From contig JAWKIR010000002.1 in assembly GCA_041394245.1 (NCBI GenBank), forward strand, positions 2,756,305 to 2,820,304: a DNA stretch of 64,000 nucleotides. Reading direction: 5' to 3'. The number at the start of each line of letters is the position of its first letter. The stretch's first letter is position 1. The stretch comes from Acidimicrobiales bacterium (GTDB lineage Bacteria; Actinomycetota; Acidimicrobiia; Acidimicrobiales; Aldehydirespiratoraceae). Under the pieces are notes generated by a model. The model did no database searches. It worked only from the letters and a program-made list of their open reading frames with translations, and had not been told where the DNA came from. Positions 17,909-25,859 of this stretch are shown here, in pieces. The position numbers and the translations under genes were made by a program.

Positions 17909-19162
17909 TCAGGTCCGGAAGCGCCACGCCAGGTGGGTGCGGCGGGCGGCGAGTTCGGCTCGGCGCTGCTCGGGCGCCACGCGAGGCGTGTCGGGGCCCA
18001 TCACGGCGTCGAGTGTGTCGACCTTCACCACGCGCGACTCGATGGCCGGGGCGTGATCGTCGTGGGGCCAGAACCAGCGGAACGTGCACAACCCGGTGCC
18101 TCGTCCGCCGGTGTCGAGCCAGTTCGCGGCGCCGACGTCGATCGGGGAGATCACCGCACGGATGCGGCCGTCGGCCGACAGGGTGGTCTGGCGATGGTTG
18201 CGGCTGCAGACGCGACCGGTCGGATCGGTCAGTTCGAACGTGCCCATGCGATAGAGCTGGAGGGCCCAGTAGTCGGCGTGGGGCACGTCGGCTTCCACGA
18301 AGATCGCCTCGTCGGGGGCCAGGTCCCAGAAGTTGAACGAGTACCGCGCCGCCGAGAGTCCCTTCGCGACGGCCAGCCCGCTCGAGAAGACGTTGGGCTC
18401 GCGTTCGTCACGGTTCTCGACCATGTAGCGGTTCCAGTAGAGCATCGAGTCCTCGACCTGCCGGTAGGCGCGATCGAGTCGGGTCTCGAGCTCGTCGAGC
18501 GAAACGGCAGGAGTGGGGCCGGGGTCGTCGAGGCACTCGATGACCATCGTGGCCGGCTCGTCGGCGGTCCAGTCGTAGTAGTACTCGCGAAACGACGCCA
18601 TGATCGCGCCGTCCGGCAGGTCGATGTGGCGATCGCCGCTGCCGTCACCGCCCAGGGTCAGCTCGAACTCGTCGCCCGGACCGATCCCCAGGTCGGAAGC
18701 CGTGACCTGGCCGACGGTCCCCCACACCTCGTTGTGCATGAAGCCCTTGCGGATCGCGAGGAGCCACTGGTCGCACGAGTGCATCCGGCCGGTGATCCGG
18801 TAGCGGCGGTCCGGGCTGATGCGGGCGTGGTGGTAGACGTTGTCCGCGTTCGGGCCGCCCCACTGATGCACCAGGTCGTTGTGGCGGTGGAATGCCGGCC
18901 GGGCCGGGTCGGCGTGGAACACCTCCCACTCGACGAAGCCGGCGATCTGTTCGACGAGATGCTCGAGCTGTTCGACCGGTGCGTCGGGGAACTCGTCGCC
19001 GACCACTCGATCGGCGAGCTGGTGCAGCCGGTCGGTGAAGGCTCGGAAGGTCGCGGTGAGGTCGCCGTCGGACACGGCCGGAGCGTAGTCGACCGCCCGC
19101 GGACTACCGTTCGCCGGATGACCGATCTCGTGCTTCCGTTCCCGCGGGTCGATCTCGGCCAC
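17909..19162 (-). CDS. hypothetical protein, DUF1214-like (family assignment from memory only)
   Basis: 417-aa ORF with good GC3 and no catalytic motif recognised. The GTG at 19162 would overlap the divergent 19118 gene by 45 nt; an alternative GTG at 19075 avoids the overlap. Confidence 0.55.
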   Translation of the reverse strand: MAEIDPRERKHEIGHPANGSPRAVDYAPAVSDGDLTATFRAFTDRLHQLADRVVGDEFPDAPVEQLEHLVEQIAGFVEWEVFHADPARPAFHRHNDLVHQWGGPNADNVYHHARISPDRRYRITGRMHSCDQWLLAIRKGFMHNEVWGTVGQVTASDLGIGPGDEFELTLGGDGSGDRHIDLPDGAIMASFREYYYDWTADEPATMVIECLDDPGPTPAVSLDELETRLDRAYRQVEDSMLYWNRYMVENRDEREPNVFSSGLAVAKGLSAARYSFNFWDLAPDEAIFVEADVPHADYWALQLYRMGTFELTDPTGRVCSRNHRQTTLSADGRIRAVISPIDVGAANWLDTGGRGTGLCTFRWFWPHDDHAPAIESRVVKVDTLDAVMGPDTPRVAPEQRRAELAARRTHLAWRFRT

Positions 19163-20098
19163 TGGCCGACGCCGCTTGCGCCGTGCCGGCGTCTGCAGGA
19201 GGAACGCGGCGGTCCGTTGATCTGGCTCAAGCGCGACGACTGTTCAGGACTCGCGTTGGGTGGCAACAAGACCCGCAAGCTCGAGTTCCTGCTCGGCGAG
19301 GCGCTCGCCCAGGGCGCCTCGGGGGTCGTCACCTTCGGCGCGATCCAGTCCAACCATGCCCGCCAGACCGCCGCCGCCTGTGCACACGTCGGGCTTCCGT
19401 GCGATCTCGTCCTGACCGATGCGGTCGACCGCCCGACCGAGATCTACCGGTCCGGTGGCAACCGGTTGCTCGACGACGTGCTCGGTGCGACCGTGCACGT
19501 CGTCGCCGACGACGCCGCCGCGCTCGTTCGGGCCGGCGAACTCGCCGAGGCCGAGCCCGAGCGCTACTTCATCGATCCCGGCGGTTCGAGTGCCACCGGC
19601 GCGCTCGGCTATGTCGCCGCCGCGGCCGAGCTGGCCGAACAGATCGCGGCCGCGGGGCTCCGGCCCGGCGAGCTGGTGGTCGCCTCGTCGACGGGCGGCA
19701 CCGCAGCCGGGCTCGTGGTCGGCCTGGCGGCGGCCGGGCTCGACCTTCTCGTCACCCCTGTCGCCGTGTATGCCGACGCGGCGCACACGGCGGGTTCGAT
19801 CGATCGGCTCGTGTCCGACACGGCGGCGCGGCTCGGCCTCGATGCGGCGGCCCTCGGCCCGTGGCGGGTCGACGGAACCGCTCTGGGTGACGGCTACGGC
19901 ATCGAGACGGCCGAGTCCCACGCCGCCGTGCTCGAACTCGCCCGCACCGAGGGTGTCCTGCTCGACCCCGTCTACACGGCCAAGGCGTTCGCCTCGTTGC
20001 TGGCCCGGACCGGCGACATCGACCCCGAAGCCGACGTGGTGTTCCTGCACACGGGCGGCCAACCGGGGATGTTCGCCTACGCCGACGCGTTCACCTGA
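19118..20098 (+). CDS. D-cysteine desulfhydrase / ACC deaminase family PLP enzyme
   Basis: This is the C-terminal 326 aa of the 790-aa track ORF, from the ATG at 19118 (MTDLVLPFPRVDLGHWPTPL). PLP-lysine block GGNKTRKLEFL. Confidence 0.85.
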   Translation: MTDLVLPFPRVDLGHWPTPLAPCRRLQEERGGPLIWLKRDDCSGLALGGNKTRKLEFLLGEALAQGASGVVTFGAIQSNHARQTAAACAHVGLPCDLVLTDAVDRPTEIYRSGGNRLLDDVLGATVHVVADDAAALVRAGELAEAEPERYFIDPGGSSATGALGYVAAAAELAEQIAAAGLRPGELVVASSTGGTAAGLVVGLAAAGLDLLVTPVAVYADAAHTAGSIDRLVSDTAARLGLDAAALGPWRVDGTALGDGYGIETAESHAAVLELARTEGVLLDPVYTAKAFASLLARTGDIDPEADVVFLHTGGQPGMFAYADAFT

Positions 20099-21003
20099 TC
20101 GGGTTGCCATCCGGGGCGTCCGAAGACGTGCCCCCACTTGTTGCGCCAGCCCTTGGCCCGGCGAACGTCGCGGGCGATGTCGGCCATCTCGTGGTAACCG
20201 ATCCGGATCGGATTGAAGGTCTTGATGTTCTTGGTCAGGCCGTACTTCACCCGGCGGACCTCGGGTTCGAACGTGCCGAACAGCTTGTCCCAGGTGATCA
20301 GGATGCCGCCGTAGTTCTTGTCGAGATACTGCGGGTTGGCGCCGTGATGCACCCGGTGATGCGAGGGGGTGTTGAGCACCGATTCGCTGACGGGGTCGAG
20401 TCGGTCGATCACCTCGGTGTGGATCCAGTACTGGTAGAGCAGGTTCAGCTGCCCGGCGCGTGCGGTCTGCTGCAGCGGGATGCCGAGCAGTGGCATCGGG
20501 AAGAACACCCATGAGGTGAGATAGCCCGACCAGGGCTGGCGCAGTGCCGTCGACAGGTTGTAGTGCTCGCTCGAGTGGTGGGTGACGTGGTTGGCCCAGA
20601 GGATCCGCTTCTCGTGCTGCCAGCGGTGACTCCAGTAGTAGAGGAAGTCCCACATCACCATCGACACCAGGAACGATCCCTTGCGCTTGCCGAGATCGGC
20701 GACCCGATGGCGGTACAGGAACCTGCTGACCCGCGAGAGTGCGCCGTAGTAGGCGAGATTGACCGCGACGTTGCCGGCCAGCATCGCCAGGCTCGCCGTC
20801 GTGTCGCGCTTCTCGTAGCCGACGGGGATGAGCTCGTCGGGTGGCAACGACGGGTCGGAGAGTTCGGCCGGCGTCCAGTCGTCGAGATCGCCGGGTTCGC
20901 GCAATGGCCGGCCCCGCAGCGCCCGTGCCTCGGCCAGCATCGTCAGCACGAAGATGGGGAGCGAGGCCAGATCGACCTTGTCGATGGGGAGCGACCGCTT
21001 CAC
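20077..21003 (-). CDS. sterol desaturase / fatty acid hydroxylase family membrane protein
   Basis: His boxes HRWQHE, HVTHHSSEH and HHRVHH. I place the start at the GTG at 21003 (VKRSLPIDK...) because the 12 codons upstream of it, up to 21039, have T-rich third positions. The 3' end overlaps the convergent gene by 22 nt. Confidence 0.8.
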   Translation of the reverse strand: MKRSLPIDKVDLASLPIFVLTMLAEARALRGRPLREPGDLDDWTPAELSDPSLPPDELIPVGYEKRDTTASLAMLAGNVAVNLAYYGALSRVSRFLYRHRVADLGKRKGSFLVSMVMWDFLYYWSHRWQHEKRILWANHVTHHSSEHYNLSTALRQPWSGYLTSWVFFPMPLLGIPLQQTARAGQLNLLYQYWIHTEVIDRLDPVSESVLNTPSHHRVHHGANPQYLDKNYGGILITWDKLFGTFEPEVRRVKYGLTKNIKTFNPIRIGYHEMADIARDVRRAKGWRNKWGHVFGRPGWQPDQVNASA

Positions 21004-21030
21004 CCCCGCAGCATGACCCGCAGGACGGGC

Positions 21031-21071
21031 ACTGTCCACGCGGGACTGTCCACGCGGGACTGCCGACGGGG
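21031..21071. repeat. three tandem copies of a 14-bp unit (ACTGTCCACGCGGG x2, then degenerate ACTGCCGACGGGG)
   Basis: Read directly from the sequence. It lies in the divergent promoter region between the sterol-desaturase-family gene and glcD. Confidence 0.85.
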
Positions 21072-21095
21072 TCGGCTCGCCCTACGCTGGCGGCG

Positions 21096-22565
21096 ATGGG
21101 GCTTCTCGACCGACTCGTCCGCCGGGAGGCGGTGACGGATCCCCTGGTCGCGGACCTGCGGGCCGTGCTGGCCGACGATCGCGTCCGTGTCGACGGTGCC
21201 GAGCGGGCGTTGATGGCCAAGGACGCCTCGGTGTTCGGTGGCGGAGTCGCCGGCCCGACGTGCTTCCCCACGTCCACCGAAGAGGTCCGGGCGATCATGC
21301 GCGTCGCCGAGCGTCATGGATCGGCGGTCGTCCCCCGGGGCGCCGGCACCGGCCTGGCCGGGGGCGCGATTCCCCTGGGCGCGCCGATCGTGGTGTCGCT
21401 GGGGAAGATGAACCGCATCCTCGAGATCGACGAGGCGAACCGGATCGTCTGGGTCGAACCCGGGGTGATCAACCTCGACCTGTCCAAGCACCTTCGCCCC
21501 CTCGGCTACCACTTCGCACCGGACCCCTCGAGTCAGGCCGTCTGCACCCTGGGCGGGAACGTCGCCAACAACTCCGGGGGTCCCCACTGTCTCGCCTACG
21601 GCGTCACCGACGCTCATGTCGTCGCGGTCGAGGTCGTGCTGGCCGACGGCGAGGTCGTCATGCTCGGAGGGCTCGACGCCGAGCCTCCGGGCTATGACCT
21701 GCGCGGCGCCTTCGTCGGTGGCGAGGGCACGCTCGGGATCGCGACCCGGATCGCTGTTCGCCTGACCCGCAATCCGCCGGCCGTGCGCACCTTGCTCCTG
21801 TCGTTCTCGACCGTTCGCGACGCCGCCGAGACCGTCAGCGCGATCATCGCCGACGGCATCGTGCCCGCCGCGCTCGAGGTCATGGACCAGCGCATCACGG
21901 TCGCCGTGGAGAACTTCGTCGGCGCCGGCTACCCGGTCGACGCCGCCGCCGTGCTCCTTGCCGAGGTCGAAGGGCTCGATGCGGGGGTCGAGATCGACGC
22001 GGCGCGGATCGAGGCGATCGGCCTGGCCAACGGCGCCACAGAGGTGCGTCGGGCCGGATCCGATGACGAACGCGAGCTCCTGTGGAAGGGCCGCAAGACC
22101 GCGTTCGGGGCGATCGCCCAGCTGGCCCCCGACTACTACCTCCACGACACGGTGGTGCCCCGCTCGGCCCTGGCCGACGTGCTCGAGCAGGTCTACGAGA
22201 TCGCCGATCGACACGACGTGATCGTGATGAACGTGTTCCACGCCGGCGACGGCAACCTCCATCCACTGCTGCTGTTCGACGCCCGGGAGGCGGGCACCCT
22301 CGAGCGGGTCCACGCGGCGGGAGCCGAGATCCTCCGGGCCTCGCTGGCCGCCGGTGGCGTGCTCAGCGGGGAGCACGGCGTCGGGGTCGAGAAGCAGCGC
22401 TTCATGGGCGAGCTGTTCACCGACGCCGACCTCGAACACCAGAACCGGTTGCGGCGGGCGTTCGATCCGGCCTGTCGGGCAAACCCCGGCAAGGTCCTGC
22501 CGATGGGTCACTCCTGCGCCGACATCCAGGCACTGCGTGCGGTTCCGACCGGGGTGTGGGGATGA
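21096..22565 (+). CDS. glcD: glycolate oxidase subunit GlcD (FAD-linked oxidase)
   Basis: ATG at 21096 (MGLLDRLV...). VPRGAGTGLAGG FAD block and SGEHGVG block. It is followed by glcE- and glcF-like genes with overlapping stops and starts. Confidence 0.85.
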   Translation: MGLLDRLVRREAVTDPLVADLRAVLADDRVRVDGAERALMAKDASVFGGGVAGPTCFPTSTEEVRAIMRVAERHGSAVVPRGAGTGLAGGAIPLGAPIVVSLGKMNRILEIDEANRIVWVEPGVINLDLSKHLRPLGYHFAPDPSSQAVCTLGGNVANNSGGPHCLAYGVTDAHVVAVEVVLADGEVVMLGGLDAEPPGYDLRGAFVGGEGTLGIATRIAVRLTRNPPAVRTLLLSFSTVRDAAETVSAIIADGIVPAALEVMDQRITVAVENFVGAGYPVDAAAVLLAEVEGLDAGVEIDAARIEAIGLANGATEVRRAGSDDERELLWKGRKTAFGAIAQLAPDYYLHDTVVPRSALADVLEQVYEIADRHDVIVMNVFHAGDGNLHPLLLFDAREAGTLERVHAAGAEILRASLAAGGVLSGEHGVGVEKQRFMGELFTDADLEHQNRLRRAFDPACRANPGKVLPMGHSCADIQALRAVPTGVWG

Positions 22566-23485
22566 GCACACTGGCGATCACCGACCCGGTGTTGCTCGGG
22601 TTCGCCGAGGAGGTCGGTGCCCAGGGCCCGGTCGCCGTCGCCGGCCGCCGCACCCGCTGGGATGTCGGGGGCCCGCTCGACGCCGATGCTCGGGTCCTGT
22701 CGGCTCCCACCGGCATCGTCGCCTACGCCGCGTCGGAGATGACGGTGCAGGTGCGGGCCGGGACCCCGGTGGCGGAGCTCGCCGCCGAACTCGCCGACCA
22801 CGGGCAACGCACCGCACTGCCCGATCGGGGTGGCACGGTCGGCGGCGCCGTCGCCGTCGGGGAGAATCCGGTCGATGTGATGGCCCGCGGTCGACTCCGT
22901 GATGCGGTGCTCCAGGTCCGCTATGTGGGCGCCGCGGGCGAGCCGGTCACCGGCGGTGGCCCGGTCGTGAAGAACGTGACGGGCTACAACCTCCCGAAGC
23001 TGATGACGGGTTCGCTCGGCACCCTCGGCTTGCTCGCCGAATTCGTGTTGCGCACCAATCCCATCCCTGCGGCGTCGCGTTGGCTCTGCGCTGCCGGGGT
23101 CGATCCGACCGCGGCCCACCGGGCCGTGCACCGAGCCGCCGAGGTGCTGTGGGACGGTTCGTCCACCTGGATCCATCTCGAGGGTCACGGCCCCGACATC
23201 GATGCCGAGGGCGCCGTGTTGCGCGATCTCGCCGGCTTCGTCGAGGTCGACGGCCCGCCCGCCCGGCCCGCCCATCGCTGGTCGCTGAGCCCGGCGGAGG
23301 TCCTCGCCCTTCCTGCGTCGAATCCGGGTGCCACGCTGGTCGCCGTCGGGGTCGGGCTGGCATGGTCCGACACGCCCCAGCCGCCTCGGCCGGTTCCGCC
23401 CGGGGTCGCCGCCATCGCGGCCCGACTCAAGCACAACTTCGACCCTACGGGCCGCCTCAACCCCGGTCGCGAGGTCGGCCGCTGA
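22562..23485 (+). CDS. glcE: glycolate oxidase FAD-binding subunit GlcE
   Basis: ATGA overlap with glcD. 307 aa with FAD-binding PCMH-type blocks (VKNVTGYNLPKL, GSLGTLG). Confidence 0.75.
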   Translation: MSTLAITDPVLLGFAEEVGAQGPVAVAGRRTRWDVGGPLDADARVLSAPTGIVAYAASEMTVQVRAGTPVAELAAELADHGQRTALPDRGGTVGGAVAVGENPVDVMARGRLRDAVLQVRYVGAAGEPVTGGGPVVKNVTGYNLPKLMTGSLGTLGLLAEFVLRTNPIPAASRWLCAAGVDPTAAHRAVHRAAEVLWDGSSTWIHLEGHGPDIDAEGAVLRDLAGFVEVDGPPARPAHRWSLSPAEVLALPASNPGATLVAVGVGLAWSDTPQPPRPVPPGVAAIAARLKHNFDPTGRLNPGREVGR

Positions 23486-24645
23486 TGGACCTGCAGCTCG
23501 AGCCCGACGACTTGAACACGTGCGTGCAGTGCGGGCTGTGTCTTCCCCAGTGCCCGACCTATCGGGTGACCGGCGACGAGACCCGCAGCCCCCGCGGCCG
23601 GATCCAGTTGATGCGCGAGGTCCAGGTCGGGGACGCCCCGGTCACCACCGAGATCAGGGAATCCTTCGAGAGCTGTGTGCAGTGCCGGGCCTGCGAACCG
23701 GCGTGCCCGAGCGGCGTGCCCTACGGCCACCTCATGGAGCGCACCCGCGAAACCTTGGCAGCCGCGGGGGAGATGACGCCCCGATGGCAGCGCCTCCTCT
23801 ACCGACCACTCGGCCACCCCCGCCTTCTTCGCTTCGGGAGCTCGGTCCTCGCCGTCGCCAACCGACTCCGGCTCGTTCCCAGACGCCTCGGCCTGCCCGC
23901 GTCGATGCCGATCCGGCGCCCGGCGCACACGACGTCGGGCACCGATGTCTTCCTGTTCACCGGGTGTGTGATGGATGCCTGGCAGCGAGACGTCCACATC
24001 TCCGGCCAGCGGGTGATCGAGGCGGCCGGTTTCGGCGTGACACCGACCGGCGACGTCGCCCCGTGCTGCGGTGCGCTGCAGGCCCATGCGGGGCTCACCG
24101 ACCAGACCCGGGCGCTCGCCCGGACGACGATGGCCGCCCTCGGCGACGACGACCGTCCGATCCTGGTCGATTCGGCCGGCTGCGGCGCGGCGATGAAGGA
24201 CTACGGCCATCTGTTGGGCACCGCCGAGGCGGCCGCGTTCGCGGCGCGGGTGTTCGACATCCAGGAATGGCTTGCCACCCACGTCGACCGGTTGCCGGTG
24301 GTCGAACCGCTCGACCTGCGGGTGGCCGTGCAGGACCCGTGTCATCTCCGCCAGGTGCAGCGGGTCCACGGGGCGACCCGGACGGTCCTGGCGCCATTCG
24401 TCCGCGAGCTGGTCGAGCTCGACGACGACGGGCTCTGCTGTGGCGCCGGCGGCGCCTACTCCGTGTTCGAAGCCGAGCTCGCGGGTGAGATCAGGGAGCG
24501 CAAGGTCGCCGCGATCGATCGGGCGACCCCCGATGTCGTGGCGAGCGCGAACCCGGGGTGCTCGATGCATCTCGCCGGTGCCGGAGTCGCGGCGGTGCAC
24601 CCCATGGTGCTCGTGGCCCGCGCTCTCGGCGTCGAGAAGTCGTAG
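23485..24645 (+). CDS. glcF: glycolate oxidase iron-sulfur subunit GlcF
   Basis: TGATG overlap with glcE. Two 4Fe-4S motifs (CVQCGLCLPQCP, CVQCRACEPACP) plus two Cys-rich CCG repeats (DPCHL, CCGAGG). Confidence 0.85.
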   Translation: MDLQLEPDDLNTCVQCGLCLPQCPTYRVTGDETRSPRGRIQLMREVQVGDAPVTTEIRESFESCVQCRACEPACPSGVPYGHLMERTRETLAAAGEMTPRWQRLLYRPLGHPRLLRFGSSVLAVANRLRLVPRRLGLPASMPIRRPAHTTSGTDVFLFTGCVMDAWQRDVHISGQRVIEAAGFGVTPTGDVAPCCGALQAHAGLTDQTRALARTTMAALGDDDRPILVDSAGCGAAMKDYGHLLGTAEAAAFAARVFDIQEWLATHVDRLPVVEPLDLRVAVQDPCHLRQVQRVHGATRTVLAPFVRELVELDDDGLCCGAGGAYSVFEAELAGEIRERKVAAIDRATPDVVASANPGCSMHLAGAGVAAVHPMVLVARALGVEKS

Positions 24646-24648
24646 ATC

Positions 24649-25851
24649 GTGCCGCCCACGGTCGCAGTGGTCGGCGCGGGACCGGCCGGTCTGATGGCCG
24701 CCGAGGTGCTCGCGAGCGCCGGCGCGGCGGTGACCGTCTACGAGATGCACCGTTCGCCGGGGCGCAAGCTGCTGCTCGCGGGGCGCAGTGGGCTCAACCT
24801 CACCCACCGAGAGCCGCTTCACGGATTCCTCGGGCGCTACGAACCCGCGACGGCGGCGTTGACTGCGGCCATCGAGGCCTTCCCGCCCGAGCAGGTGCGG
24901 GCCTGGGCCGAAGGACTCGGTCAGCCGACGTTCGTGGGCTCGAGTGGCCGTGTCTTCCCCGAAGCCCATCGTGCCGCCCCCCTGCTGCGGGCCTGGCTGG
25001 ATCGGCTGGCCGGCCTCGGTGTCGAGCTGGCGACCTCGCACCGGTGGGTCGGATGGGAGGGCGATCGGCTCCGGTTCTCGACTCCCGACGGGGAGCGCGT
25101 GGTCGATGTCGATGCGTCGGTGATCGCGCTCGGCGGGGCCAGCTGGCCCCGAGTGGGATCCGACGGAGGATGGGTGGCGACGTTCACGGCCGACGGCACC
25201 GAGGTCGAACCCCTGCGCCCGTCGAACTGTGGCGTGGTCGTCGACTGGTCCGATGTGTTCAGGGAACGGTTCGAGGGTCATCCGATCAAGAACGTGGTGG
25301 TGCGCTGGGGCGAGCGGTCGGTGCGGGGTGAGCTCGTCGTCACCCGGGACGGTCTCGAAGGCGGACCGGTCTACGCCCTTTCCGGGACGTTGGGACGGAC
25401 GAACCGGTTCCCGACGTCCCTCGTCCTGGATCTGGCCCCGGACCTCGATGCCGCGTCGCTCGTCGATCGGTGCTCCCGCCGGCGACCGAAGGAGTCACAA
25501 TCGACGTGGCTGCGCGGTGTCGGTCTCGAACCGGTGGTTGCCGGTCTGCTTCGCGAGGCGACCGGCAACCGGATCCCCGACGACCCCGCGGAACTCGCCA
25601 CCCTGGTGAAGGCCGCGCCGGTCGAGGTGCGACGCCTCGCGTCGATCGACCGAGCGATCTCGACGGCCGGCGGTGTGGCGTTCGCTGCACTCGACGTCGA
25701 CCTGATGATGCGGTCCCGTCCCGGCGTGTTCCTCGCCGGCGAGATGCTGGACTGGGACGCCCCGACCGGCGGCTATCTCCTCCAGGCCTGTTTCTCGACC
25801 GGTCATCGCGCCGGTAGGGCCGCGGCCTCGTTCGTCGGCCTCGACAGCTGA
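24649..25851 (+). CDS. NAD(P)/FAD-dependent oxidoreductase, HI0933/BaiN-like flavoprotein
   Basis: 400 aa with N-terminal VVGAGPAGLMAA. The GTG start lies 3 nt after the glcF stop. Confidence 0.7.
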   Translation: MPPTVAVVGAGPAGLMAAEVLASAGAAVTVYEMHRSPGRKLLLAGRSGLNLTHREPLHGFLGRYEPATAALTAAIEAFPPEQVRAWAEGLGQPTFVGSSGRVFPEAHRAAPLLRAWLDRLAGLGVELATSHRWVGWEGDRLRFSTPDGERVVDVDASVIALGGASWPRVGSDGGWVATFTADGTEVEPLRPSNCGVVVDWSDVFRERFEGHPIKNVVVRWGERSVRGELVVTRDGLEGGPVYALSGTLGRTNRFPTSLVLDLAPDLDAASLVDRCSRRRPKESQSTWLRGVGLEPVVAGLLREATGNRIPDDPAELATLVKAAPVEVRRLASIDRAISTAGGVAFAALDVDLMMRSRPGVFLAGEMLDWDAPTGGYLLQACFSTGHRAGRAAASFVGLDS

Positions 25852-25859
25852 CACGGTCG

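Noticed and set aside
17726-19117. The N-terminal 464 aa of the 790-aa track ORF, which would make a giant fusion with the ACC-deaminase-family enzyme.
   Set aside because: This part is antisense to the well-supported DUF1214-like and sulfotransferase genes and is low-complexity. The PLP enzyme has a canonical N-terminus at the ATG at 19118.
19244-25281. 684-aa and 698-aa minus-strand ORFs across the desulfhydrase, glcD and glcF regions.
   Set aside because: They carry no motifs and have extreme Arg/Pro/Gly content. They lie opposite genes with unambiguous PLP, His-box, FAD and Fe-S motifs.
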